From Octopus sinensis (taxonomy: Eukaryota), in NCBI RefSeq assembly GCF_006345805.1, contig NC_043012.1, positions 36,146,001-36,210,000 of the forward strand: DNA of 64,000 nucleotides, given 5' to 3'. Positions 11,572 through 23,740 of this stretch are shown one piece after another. A model generated the notes under the pieces. That model was given only the letters and a program-made list of their open reading frames with translations. It made no database searches and was not told where the DNA came from. The stretch's first letter is position 1. Each line of letters begins with the position of its first letter. Position numbers and translations under genes: made by a program.

Positions 11572-13769
11572 CAAGACCAATCCTTCTCAAGATATAAAGT
11601 ACTCATGGTGGTGCCACATAAAAAGCACCCACGTAGCACCACATAAAAACATTTTATGCACCTGCATGGTGCTGCATAAAAGCGCCCAGTACACTCTGTA
11701 GAGTGGTTGGGGTTAGGAAGGGCATCCAGCCGAAGAAACAGTGTTAAATCAAAGAGCTGGAGTCAGGCGCAGTCCCCAGCTTGCCAGCTCTGGTCAAACC
11801 ATCCAACCCATGCCAGTATGGACAATGGACATTAAATGATGATGGTGGTGGTGGTTGTGGTGGTGGTGCTGGTGGTGGTGGTGGTGGTGGTGGTGATGAT
11901 GATGGTGATGATGGTGGTGATGATGATGGTGATGGTGATGATGATGGTGATGATGATGATGGTGATGATGATGATGACTATGGTGTTGATGATGGTGATG
12001 GTGTTGATGATGGTGATTGTTGTTTTGTTTATGTTGTAGAAGCTGTTGCTGTTGTTGCTGCTGCTGCTGCTTCTACTGCAGTTGTTGCTATTGTCATCGT
12101 TATAGTGTGTGTTGTTGTTATTATTGGTGTAGTGGTTGTTGTTGTTGTTGTACTGTTATTGTGGATGTTGTTGCTACTCTTATCATTCCTGATGTAGGGA
12201 TGCTGTTGTTGTTGTTGTTGTTGTTGTTGCCATTGTCCTTGTTGTTTTACCCTAAAGCAACCCTAAATGATCTGATCAATTATCAAAGACGTTCCAACCA
12301 TGACCATCCTGTCTTTTATTCAGTCAGAATAGTCAAGACATTATCCAATGTGTTCTCCTCTATCTTTAGATGTAGTCAGCCATGATTTGAGGAAGATTTG
12401 ACTGCTATTTCTGCAGCTGCATAACATGAACCTACATTGTAGTTAGTATTGTTGTTGTAGTTGTTGATTAAATGCAAGAAACCCTTGCTTGTCGTCATCA
12501 CTACCACCATCATCATCATCATCATCATCATCTCGTCATCACAACCACACTGTCGCTGCCCTCACCACCACCAACAACAATGACAACACTACCACTATCA
12601 TCATCATCATGATCATCATCACCATCACCAGCACCACCACCACCACCATCATTGTCATCATCACGACCACCATCCTCACCACCACCACCACCACCACCAT
12701 CATCATCCCTGTCCCCCCTCTATAACTGACGTTTCTGTTTGTTTTCACTCGTAAATCTGGGTGTATCTAAAAAAGCTACCTTTAAAAACCGAGGGACCCC
12801 ACCGGTCTTCTTTCCTTTCCACCTTCGCCACTACCACCACCACCTCCAACACCACAAACCAAACTAAACTGGGGGGGGTACATTCTACCCACCCCTTTCC
12901 GTTTTATTTATTTATTCACACCCGCGACTCCACCCCCACCCCACCTCCCTCCCCACCTAATATTTATATAACAGCAGATATGATATTCCATCTCGGCTAC
13001 CTTGTAACCGAGTTTCCAATAACCTTCAGGGTAGATTTTTGAGTACATTCAGAGGGGAGGGTCACCTCCCCCACCTTCTCGGGTTGCAAATACACTGGAA
13101 TCACTCACATTACTCTACTGTTTTACGACGTATTTCACCTCTGGCCATACTGCAGCATTTCTGAACATATTGTACTGGGGATGTTATTGTTGTTGGTGGG
13201 GGAGGGGTAGTGATGGTGGCAGTGGTGGCAGTGGTGGTGGCAGTGGCAGTGGTGGCGGCGGTGGCGGTGGTGGTGGTGGTGGCAGCAGCAGCGATGGTGA
13301 TGATTGTGGTGGTGGTGGTGGTGGTGGAGGCAGTGATGTAAAATTCACCATTATTGCTATTGATGTTTTTGTTGTTCTTGATGGTGGTGGTCATGGTTGA
13401 GTTTATATTGATTTGTTGCTGTTGTTGTTGATGTTGATGTCAATATTATTCATGCATTTGTCGTCGTCGTCATCGTCATCGCCATTGTCATCGTCATCGT
13501 TGTCATTCCTGTTAACTTCAGTTCAGCTCTCCTCAACGTCAACCTATTCCCCCAATCAATCACTCAAGTTTCATTGATTTTTTTTTTAAAGATATTGATC
13601 AGTCTCTGAAACCCTGCCAATACCATTTTGCATTGGAATAGCTCTTTAAAAAGATCAAGAACATTTGTGAAGATTTGGTTGCTAAATTCTTTAGCCTGGT
13701 TTTGTAGTTAAGTTTGCTTCCCCACCACATGACTTTAGGTTCAAACCTTGGACAAGTATCTTCTCAGTT

Positions 13770-14133
13770 GATTGTATGTTGTCAACTTAATGTGACAGTC
13801 CCATGAAAGGGAAGAATGCTACTGTTATTTAGCCCTAGGAAACACTGTTTCCTGTTGGACTTGACACATATCCTGTGTCCTCATGTTTTCGAAGTGGAGA
13901 TAAGCACCTCCACCCAGCAAAGCCAGCATCCAGAGACTAGTTTCAGAGTCATTGCTCATCATCAGTCTGAAGTAGCATGGCTTTGTTGGGTGGAAGTGCT
14001 TGTCTCCACTTTGAAAACACGAGGACACAGGAAATGTGTCAAGTCCAACATGAAACGATGTTTCCTAAGACTAAATAACAGTAGCATTCTTCCCTTTCCT
14101 GGGACTGCCACATTAAGTTGGCAACATAACATC
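13770..14133. mobile_element. Foldback element (~155-bp arms) with a hammerhead in the central loop
   Basis: 13770-13925 is an imperfect reverse complement of 13978-14133; the 52-nt spacer carries a hammerhead motif on the - strand. Confidence 0.85.
13929..13971 (-). ncRNA. Minimal type-I hammerhead ribozyme motif (GUC site)
   Basis: UUCAGA-CUGAUGA-U-GAG(CAAUGA)CUC-U-GAAAC-UA-GUC/UCUGGA: 6-bp stem I, perfect core, palindromic stem III ACUAGU, and a U.U mismatch at the base of stem II. Confidence 0.72.
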
Positions 14134-14679
14134 CCCTTATCGTGCTGCTACTGCATAAATCTCTCTGAGAGATTTAGAAATGTAATATTTCTAAGTATCT
14201 TCTATCATAGCCTTGGACCAGCCAGTTCCTTGTTAGTGGATTTGGTTCACAGAAACAGAAAAATCCTATTGTAAATGTGTGAGTGTGTGTGTATGTGTGT
14301 GTGTTTGTGTGTGTTTATCTTGACATCAAATGGTAGTCGTATATGAACTTCACCTTCATACAAGTGATATTTCTTTCCCCAATATTCCATAAAAACCATT
14401 TCTGGCCATGGGGAAATATTACTTTGTTTGGAAATAGGTGAGGATTGGTGACAGGAAGGGCACCCAGCTGTAGAAAATCTACCTCAACAAACTATGTCTA
14501 ACCCATGCAAGCATGGAGAGGAAGGGGCAAGATTAGGTCCCAAGATGCTGGGCTTCCCAGATAAAATGACAAAAGATAGGTGAGGTAAGGAAAATAGAAA
14601 GAAATGAGGATGCATTATGGATTGAAGAAATGTGTAAAGCACGGGTGAACTGAGGGTAGAGTAATTATCTGAGATAAAC

Positions 14680-15070
14680 TAGTGATGAATTGTGGGTAGG
14701 GGAACGAGGTAAAGTTTGTGAATTGTGGGTAGAGAAATTAGGTATGTAAAGATGGATTGTAGGAAGAGAAATAAAAAAAATTGCAATGAATTATGGGTAG
14801 ACAAAGTAAAATGTAAGTGAATTGTGGGTAAAGAAACAAGGTCAAACAAAAGTAGATTGTGGAAGGAGGAATGAGGTGAAATAATAGAGAATTATGTGTA
14901 GGGAAATGAGGTAAAAGGAGATAAATTGTGGGAAGAGAAACAAGGTAGAATAACAATGAATTGTGGGTAGAGAGATATGGTAGAACAGCAGTGGATTGTG
15001 GGTAGACAAGACACTAGTTAAGATTATGTATTGAACTGAGAGAAATGTGGTGCATTGTGAGTAGGGGTTT
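14680..15070. repeat. Diverged ~34-bp purine-rich minisatellite
   Basis: The motif ATTGTGGGTAG and its variants recur about 11 times at ~34-bp spacing. Confidence 0.65.
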
Positions 15071-15745
15071 ATGGTAAACCAGTAAAGGGTTGTTGATAAT
15101 GTGACGGTGGTAGAAGTGAATGTGTTGGACATTATTCTAAAAGTAAATTTGGACATAAAAATTAAAAATAATAATAATAAGTAGGTGTAAACACATGAAC
15201 AAAATAAAAATAAACAAAAACAAAAACAAATTACACGAACATATATAAACAGGAGATACAAATATTACAGGTACTTCCCCCCCACACATACACTAACTAA
15301 ACATAGACACACATAGAGGTATACGCATGCGCAAATGAAGACACATACAATAGAAATACAAAATACAAAATGGCTGACCGTTAGTAAGGAGAGACACACA
15401 AATAAGAAAGAAGAAAGCGAAGGATCACTGATGCGGTCACAGGAGTGTGACAAAAGAACTCTGGCCGAAATAAGATTAAGATTAATGTAAAAAATAAATA
15501 ACACTGAAGCAAAGTAACACCAAATATATAGTGCGTGTGTTTTTATTGGCTAAACTGGCAAAATGACCATTCCGAAATACAATATCTGTTTCAACACACG
15601 ATTTCACATCAAAAATCTTGCAAAACAAATATATAAAAGTAAAAATTTGGACATTGTTTTTGTAAAATTGCATGTTTACATAGCAGTAGATTTTTGAGTA
15701 TATAAACATACATAAATATATATGTGTGTATGTATTTGTTTATAT

Positions 15746-15789
<44 letters not shown>

Positions 15790-15885
15790 CACACACACAC
15801 ATCATCACATATATATGCATTCGTGTATTAACTATGTGTGCGGGAGCAAGCTGTTTTTCTCACCTGATTTCTGTTCTGTTGGTAG

Positions 15886-15992
15886 GTGTGAGCTCATTAA
15901 ACCTCTGTCAGAAGAACTGCACCTGGGCTGATAACTTGGAAGTAAATCTATATCCTTGGGATGCTGGAACAGATGATGGTCCCAGCTATATG
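15886..15992 (+). CDS. SPON1: F-spondin-like exon C (Spondin_N)
   Basis: Acceptor ttctgttggTAG, donor GTAAGC. Encodes (G)VSSLNLCQKNCTWADNLEVNLYPWDAGTDDGPSYM, with the diagnostic PWDAGTD motif. Phase 1 to 0. Confidence 0.95.
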
Positions 15993-16016
15993 GTAAGCTG
16001 ATTATCATTATTATTA

Positions 16017-16051
<35 letters not shown>

Positions 16052-16296
16052 GTTATTATTATTAAGGCAGCAAGCTGGCAGAATCATTAGTGCAATGGGC
16101 GAAATGCTTAGCGGTATTTCGCCCATTGCTGTGTTCTGAGGTTCAAATTTCACTGAGGTCAACTTTGCCTTTCATTCTTTTGGGATCGATAAATTAAGTA
16201 CCAGTTGTATACTGGGCTCAATATAATCAACTATACTCCTCTCCCAAAATTTCAGGCCTTTTTATTATTATTATTATTTTTATTATTATTATTATT

Positions 16297-16850
16297 GAGT
16301 GAGAGAGCAGTTCATGCCATCAAAGTGACACTGGGGTAAAATATACGAAGCCCAATATACCCATCATGACTACCCGTCTGATAAAGGTACACCAGGCACA
16401 TGCATCACAACCATATGTGCGCGACATGGTGATCTCATATCGAGATAAACAGCACATGACCTTGCAGGTGGGGCCCAGTTAGAATTTTCTTCAGGTTGAG
16501 TAGCCCATCCCGCTCAAACGGTCCCTGAATAAGGGTTGCTTAAGGATGTTGAAAGAACCACCCATGTTTCCAGAGGTGAACTATTCAAACCCCAAAGAAT
16601 CCCTCTCAACACATGGCTATGATGCTCCCCCACTACTTCTGCTCGTGATCAGAGATGCACATATCGTCAGCCACTAAGGGACATGCTCAACTGGTTAAGG
16701 TCAAATAACTGACAAGCAAATCTGTGGTATTGAGCAGAATATTTGCTGTAGCCCATCTTTTATACTAAGACGAAACAATGTACATGATAACACTTCCAAT
16801 CAGTTAAGATCAGAAGCCATGAGAGCCACTGCCTGGTACTGCATCAGGGC

Positions 16851-16853
<3 letters not shown>
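16297..16853 (-). mobile_element. ~560-bp non-coding interspersed element, copy 1, flanked by (ATT)n
   Basis: Colinear and end-to-end similar to 52368-52932. Both copies lie in ATT repeats. No ORF and no TIRs were found. The strand is inferred from an (AAT)n tail. Confidence 0.85.
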
Positions 16854-16881
<28 letters not shown>

Positions 16882-17636
16882 TTCTAATTTCGGCACAAGG
16901 CTAAGAATTTTCATGGGAGAGAAGGTAGTTGTTGACATTGCCCCCCAGTAATTGACCGGTTAATTATTTTATTGACCAACAAAATGCAGGGGTTGATGCC
17001 ATCAACTAACTCCCAGCCCCCTACCAACCCACCCCCACGAAATTGCTGACCTTGTGCCTACATCAGAAAATGTTGTTGTTGTTGTCATCAATGGTGGTGA
17101 ACTGATAGAATTATTGGAGCATCGAAGAAAATGTTTTGCAGCATTTGCTCTGGAGCTTTACATTCTGAGTTCAAATCCCACCAAGGTTGACTTTTCCTTC
17201 TGTCTCTCTCTCTCTCCACCACACTCCATTTTCTCTCTCTTTTTCTCTCTCCCCTCTCTCCTTCTCTCTCTCACCCTCTCTTCATTAATTTATCACTCTC
17301 TTTCTCTCTCTCTCTCTCTCTCTGACTCTTTCTCTTTTTCTTTTTATCTCTCTCCCCTCTCTCTTTTCTCTCTCTTTCTTCATTAATTTATCAACCTCTC
17401 TCCCTCCCTCTTCATATCTTCCTTAATTTATCTCTCTATCTCTCTGACTCTTTCCCTCTCTTTTTATCTCTCTCCTCTCTTTCTCCTTCTCTCTCCTTCT
17501 CTCTCCTCTCTCTCTCTTTCTCTCTCCCTTCTCTCTCTCTCTTTCTTCATTAATTCATCCACCTCTCTCTCTCCCCCCTCTTTTCATATCTTCATTAATC
17601 TATCAACCTCTCTCTCTCTCTCTCTCCCCTCTACAG

Positions 17637-17877
17637 GGACCCAAATCAGCAAGTGACCCACAACAAAGGATCCATCGGATCACAAACCGTTACCCAAACA
17701 CTCCGTCGTCTCCGTTCTACGGTCCGAACAAGATTGCTCCGATGGCTCGTCTCATCATCAGCAAAGAGAAGGAAAAGTGCGGGGGGAAACACACGTTGAA
17801 TGAAGGAGAGAGTTCCCGGACGACTGAGGAACTGGTGGATCTCATGAAGAAGAAGATGGAGATGAAGAAGAAACTAG
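17637..17877 (+). CDS. SPON1: F-spondin-like exon D (end of Spondin_N plus basic linker)
   Basis: Acceptor after a long CT tract (ctaCAG); donor GTGTGT gives phase 1, matching the next exon. Encodes GPKSASDPQQRIHRITNRYPNTPSSPFYGPNKIAPMARLIISKEKEKC...MKKKMEMKKKL; SPFY and A(R)L/V match the spondin domain end. Not listed in the ORF track. Confidence 0.88.
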
Positions 17878-18419
17878 GTGTGTACTGGTAGTGGTGGTGG
17901 TGGTGGTGGTGGTGGTGGTGACAGCAGCGGCACTGGTGGCGGTGGCAGGGGGGAGCATTGAGGGTGGCAGTGGCAGAGGTGGTGGTCGTCATTGTGGTAG
18001 TGACAGCATAGGTGGGGGTGGTGACAGGGAGATGCATTAGTGGTGACAGTGGCAGAGGTGGTGATGGAAGTGGTGATGGTGGTGGTGGTGGTGGTGGTGG
18101 TGGTGGTGGTGGTGGTGGTGGCGACAGTGGCATTGGTGATGGTGGCAGGGAGGGAGCATTGGTGGAAGTGGTGGCGGTGGTGGCTGTGGCGGTGGCAGGG
18201 GGGAGTAATTGGTTGCAGCGGTGATGGTGGTGGTGGTGGTGTTGGTGGTGAGGGTAATAGTACTAGTGGTGATGGTGGTGGTGGTGGTGGTTGTGGTGGG
18301 AGGTGGGATGAAGGTAGTAGTAGTAGTTGTGGTGTGTAAAGGATGTCTGTATTTGTTTATGTTATGAGTACAGTGAACATAAGAATATATACATCCCTGT
18401 GTTCTCTATATGTTCATGT

Positions 18420-19076
18420 AAATATATGTATGTGTGTGTGCGTATGTGTATGTATGTATTATGTGTGTGTATGTATTATGTGTGTGTATGTATGTGTGTA
18501 TGTGTGTATGCATGTATGTGTGTATGTATGTATGTATGCATGCATGTATGTATGCATGTATGTATGTATGGGTGTATGTATTATGTATGTGTGTGTATGT
18601 ATGTATGTGTGTATGTGTATATGTATGGGTGTATGTGTGTATATTTGTGTGTATGTATGTATGTGTGTATGCATGTATGTGTGTATGTATGTATGTATGC
18701 ATGCATGTATGTATGCATGTATGTATGTATGGGTGTATGTATTATGTATGTGTGTGTATGTATGTATGTGTGTATGTGTATATGTATGGGTGTATGTGTG
18801 TATATTTGTGTGTATGTATGTATGTGTGTATGCATGTATGTGTGTATGTATGTATGTATGCATGCATGTATGTATGCATGTATGTATGTATGGGTGTATG
18901 TATTATGTATGTGTGTGTATGTATGTATGTGTGTATGTATGTATGTATGGGTGTATGTGTGTATATTTGTGTGTATGTATGTATGTGTGTATGTATGTAT
19001 GGGTGTATGTATGTATTATGTATGTGTGTATGTGTGTCTATGTATGTGTGTGTATGTATGTGTGTGTGTATGTATG

Positions 19077-19109
<33 letters not shown>

Positions 19110-19110
19110 G
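18420..19110. repeat. Compound (TATG/TG)n microsatellite with a 161-bp higher-order period
   Basis: The same landmark sequence (gcatgtatgtgtgtatg...) starts at 18510, 18671 and 18832. Confidence 0.85.
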
Positions 19111-19229
19111 TTTATGTATAGGCACAGAGACTTAATTTGTGTGTACAAACGAAGGAAAATATTCCTTACAACATGCTGTTAAAGTTTAAGCATGCAATGA
19201 GTCTCAATTGGTGATCCAATCAGTTGTTA

Positions 19230-20100
19230 CTCAAAGTCACACATAATCAGACAATATTTAGTGAATAACGGCTGGTCATGTTACTCCCCAGTAGCCATGC
19301 CAATTCTTATTGGCCAGAATGGGTCACACGTTTGAAAATGTTGCAAGCAGAAAATACCTGGGCTGCTATGATATAAGAGAGGCTAACTAGTTTCAGTATG
19401 TGATCTTGGATAGGAACTACTCTGAAATTTACTTCAGTAGATTTGGGGTTGTACAGAGACGATGGGTTAGTCATATTCACAAATGCCAACTGACAAGCAT
19501 TCTTCATGTTAAGGAAAAATGTCATCAAAACATTCAGTATTTTCATATCTAAAATATCAATAGCTACAAATTTACTTACAGTTAACTTCCTTGATTTTAT
19601 TCTAATCACTAACTAGCATTAACCATTTAATAAATTGAATGGAAATCGTATATCAACACAAACCTATGCCACCCAACTATTTAAAAAACACTTTTTGATG
19701 ACATCAGTAGAGGTATTTCTGATTTGTCCTCATGTAAAGAGATGTATAATAAAGCAGCTGCTTACTACAATATCTTATTAGCCAGTGGATTTAAATATAG
19801 AATTAAGCAGGCTCTTAATCCTTACTTTCCAAAAATGGTAAATGACACCAACTACTTTAAAAAAATCTAATCAAGAATATTGGTCAAAGGATGTCTAGTT
19901 TGTTCTTATGGAAGGAGATATTTGATAAAACATCTCCTTACTACAATAATGTCTTATTAATCAGTAAATTTTAGAATAAAATTCCCTACCATCTTAAATA
20001 CTTCCCTTGCCAAACTAATAAAAGATACCAAAACATTCTATGGTTACCGTTTCCTTTCCCACTTAATGTCAACTCTAATGTTGCCAAACAAGAAATAATT
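19230..20100 (+). mobile_element. Penelope-like element reverse-transcriptase fragment, decayed
   Basis: DLGLYRDDGL at 19440-19469, followed by KISIATNLLTVNFLD, AYYNILLASGF and NIGQ-like segments in broken frames; this order is typical of YRDD-type PLE RT. Confidence 0.72.
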
Positions 20101-20450
20101 TTCCATTTTTTCTCTTAAAATTCAGAGTCATACTCATAGGCATGGATGTGTGGTGAGACATTTGCTTCCCAACCACAGAGTTCCTGGTTCAGTCCCACTG
20201 CATGGCACCTACTATAACCTCAGGTTGGCCAAAGCCTTGTGATTGAATTTGTTCCTGGCATTAAAAAAAAATACTGGGATCAATTTGACTAAAATTCTTC
20301 AAGATGATGCCCCAGCATGGCCACAGTCTAATGACTGAAACAATTAAAGAACAAAAAAGTTAAAAGAACTTGACTTATGTATTTTTATGCTTTTTATCTT
20401 TTTGAATTGTTTTTTTTTTACTTTTTATGCCTTGTTTGATTTTTTACCAG

Positions 20451-20942
20451 AAATGGAAAAATGTGCCGCCAACGAATGGAGTGAATGGACGGCGTGTTCA
20501 GCGAGTTGTGGAATGGGTTCACATCAACGGAGACGTACTCTGAAGATGGCACATGTGTTGCCATCAATGTGTAAAACAAAGTTGATTGAAACCAAGAAAT
20601 GTTTCGAACTCGCCAATGGCTGCGACACTGGAATGGATAAAAAGAATGGTTTGAAATCTCCGAAGAAGAATAAAAAGCAGAATCTACGTCCTGGTAAAAA
20701 GTTGCCATTGAATTATGAATTCAGACACCAACAGAAGATGGATTTCAAGGACAAGTGTGCTGTGACACCTTGGTCACCATGGTCACCATGTAGCGTGACA
20801 TGTGGCAGTGGAATGAGGGAGAGGTGGAGAATATTCACATCAGTGGATGCCACACCAGAAAGATGCCGTGTACGGAGGATGGAGAGAGATTTCTGTCGAA
20901 TACTTGACTGTCGGAAGGCTGAAATGATGAAAAACTGGACTT
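20451..20942 (+). CDS. SPON1: F-spondin-like exon E (TSP1 repeats 1 and 2)
   Basis: Acceptor tttttacCAG, donor GTAAGC. Two TSP1 repeats: CAANEWSEWTACSASCG..RRR..C..C and CAVTPWSPWSPCSVTCG..RER..C..C. Phase 1 to 1. Confidence 0.95.
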
Positions 20943-21982
20943 GTAAGCCAACCACGTTCCTTTCTCATTTTTCCTTATCCTTTATTTATTTTACTGTGTC
21001 CAACCCATGCTAGAGTGGAAAACAGACGTTAAATGATGATGATAATGGTGATGATGTGCTGCTGTAATTTTGTGATGGAGGCATATGCTATAACTTTCTT
21101 AAATGAACTTTAAATGAACTTAAAAGGCAAATTCACTGCAGTTATTAAGGAGAAAAATTCTCTTTCATGGTAAAAATGTGTAAGAACACCATATCTGTCC
21201 AGTGTCGCCCCCTGTTGGATTCCCAGACATCAAAATCTCTAGCTGTTTAACCATTATCAGTATGAAATACCTAAGAGAGACAACTCTGGGTGGAACTTAT
21301 CAAAGCCATGGCTTTAACTACAATACAGTCAACAACATTGACTGATTTATTATGGTTCTTTCTTAAATGTTTTTTTTTACAATCTTGCAGTGGGTTTGAT
21401 GAGTGTACAAAGTTAGAGATACCAGCATTTACTCTTCCAACTGTTTGGATGTGAGGTACATTTCTGTGTATCATACCATGTGTTACTGGAATAAACCCTT
21501 GGGTTTAATGGGTGCATAGTTAACCCAGCACCAGGGTTGATCAACACCCACCTTGCACTCCCAGCAGTGACAAACTATACATCTGCTCTCATTGCCCAGT
21601 CATCATGTAGCATTCTCTCTCTTTTCTTCCACCATGAGAACATGTGTGTGTGCACCTGCATGCATGCACGTGTGCATATGTGTGCATGTGAGGGTGTGCA
21701 TGCATATATATATCTATATATCATATGTATGTATCATATTAGGAAGTGGGTGTTCCAGAGTTGTGGCAAATGCATTTATGGACAACAGAAATTCTTTATG
21801 CTGAAGAAAGATTCTGGTTAATTGATGTCAACCAGTAAGACATCTGTTAGTCAAGCAATATACAAATGTCAACATTTGTATATCCATACAACCCACACAT
21901 GTAAAAACAGATGTAAACACCTTATTTCAAAATGCATTTCATGTCATATTTATATACTCACAACACACACACACACACACAC

Positions 21983-22021
<39 letters not shown>

Positions 22022-22781
22022 ATACATACACACACACACACATGCAGATAGGCTGACTCAATGAAACACTCACAAATACACATACAACATGCATACACTC
22101 ATTGAGTCGCATATACACACACATGAGAATATATCAATGTACACTGATGTATACATATACATACACACATACATACGCATAGATACAATACACATCATAT
22201 ATACACATACATATGTATGTACATATACAGATACATACTTTTATACTTATATAAATGCACATACACATGCACATATACTGATAAACATATACATACATTC
22301 ATACATATATGTAAACAAACTTACACACAGTAACAACACATGCACATAGATATACTTAGTGCACAGGCATATACATACATTCACACATGAATATACACAC
22401 ACATACATATACACATGCATGCATACGTGCTTCCATACATACCTACAGCAATACACATATGTATACATAAACACATACATGTATACTTAATTACATACAT
22501 ACACAACACACACACACACACACACAAGCACACGTACATGCATACACACACAACACACACACTTACATAAACACATACATATACAACACACGCACTCACA
22601 TACACACATGCACAAATATATATGCAACACACAAGCAGACATACATGCATAGACAAATGCATACATACGCAACATACATGCATATATACAGGCATACACA
22701 TGTACGTTCATACCCACCACACACATACACACACATACTTAAACACATATATACCACACACTCACACACACACACACACAC

Positions 22782-22814
<33 letters not shown>

Positions 22815-22892
22815 CCATACATATAAACAGAGCAACATATGGACAGAGTTCCACTGTAAATGCCATCTCTATATATTTCTCTCCCCTCACAG

Positions 22893-23063
22893 CTGTGTGC
22901 TCCCAGCCCCCAGAAGATGGTCCCTGCAGGGGGTCGTTCCCACGGTGGTACTATGACCCAAACATGCGGAAGTGTATCCAGTTTAATTACGGTGGTTGCC
23001 GTGGTAACGAAAACAGATTCCAGTCTGAAGAAGCCTGTGTGAAATCTTGCATAGAACGCATGA
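22893..23063 (+). CDS. SPON1: F-spondin-like exon F (Kunitz/BPTI domain)
   Basis: Acceptor ctcccctcaCAG, donor GTGAGT. VCSQPPEDGPCRGSFPRWYYDPNMRKCIQFNYGGCRGNENRFQSEEACVKSC has all six Kunitz cysteines and the YGGC.GN.NRF motif. Phase 1 to 1. Confidence 0.95.
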
Positions 23064-23229
23064 GTGAGTATACATACATATATATATATATAAAAATAAG
23101 GGTGTCTGAGAGACACCACCATGCCGAAATAGCAGTCAAATCCCTGACTCTAAAAACCACGTTAAATGTTCATATCGCACCATGAGTTAAGACAGAGGGA
23201 CGAAATAGACCAGCAAAAAGATATTACTG

Positions 23230-23297
23230 GATAATTCAAGATCCTGGATTTCTAGCTTTGCTTTAAATAAGCTTTGCCGTCATCAGTTGAATATATC
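23230..23297 (-). ncRNA. Type-I hammerhead ribozyme motif (AUC site)
   Basis: GAUA(U)AUUCAA-CUGAUGA-C-GGC[AAA]GCUU(AUUUA)AAGC[AAA]GCU-A-GAAAUCC-A-GGAUC/UUGAAUUAUC: ~10-bp stem I with one bulge, perfect core, quasi-palindromic stem III, and a C.A mismatch at the base of stem II. Confidence 0.72.
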
Positions 23298-23643
23298 AGA
23301 ACACATAAATACAAATATATATATGCAGAACAAACGTTATACTTACATATACGAACGTCCATACATACACATATATGCACATATGTACAAGGCCAGTTTA
23401 AATTGCCCGCCAAACACCTCATAAGCACGATATGGTCAAAATAAACAGCGCAGTGAATATAGTGACGACCACGTTTTGACCATATATATATATATATAAA
23501 TATATATATATACATACATGCACGTTTATATTAATCTCTGTGGTGTTGTGTTGTGGCTTTCATTCATTTCTCTTGAATTATAAATATTTTTTTATTTCAG
23601 TTTCCCTCAGGTCACATTTATATATATATACATATATATATAC

Positions 23644-23735
<92 letters not shown>

Positions 23736-23740
23736 ATATA

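Noticed and set aside
15420-15490. CUGAUGC...GGCC-GAAAU hammerhead-like string
   Set aside because: A9 is mutated and there is no complementary stem I.
16297-16853. HDV-like or hammerhead ribozyme in the 560-bp element
   Set aside because: CTGAAGA and CTGACGA strings are present, but no GAAA with closing stems or HDV pseudoknot pairing could be assembled by eye.
18327-19182. Long ORFs on both strands (MYVC/HTYI repeats), and similar ORFs at 22-23, 32-33, 35, 38-39, 54-55 and 63 kb
   Set aside because: These are translations of di- and tetranucleotide microsatellites that lack stop codons; only the Kunitz exon within 22622..23185 is real.
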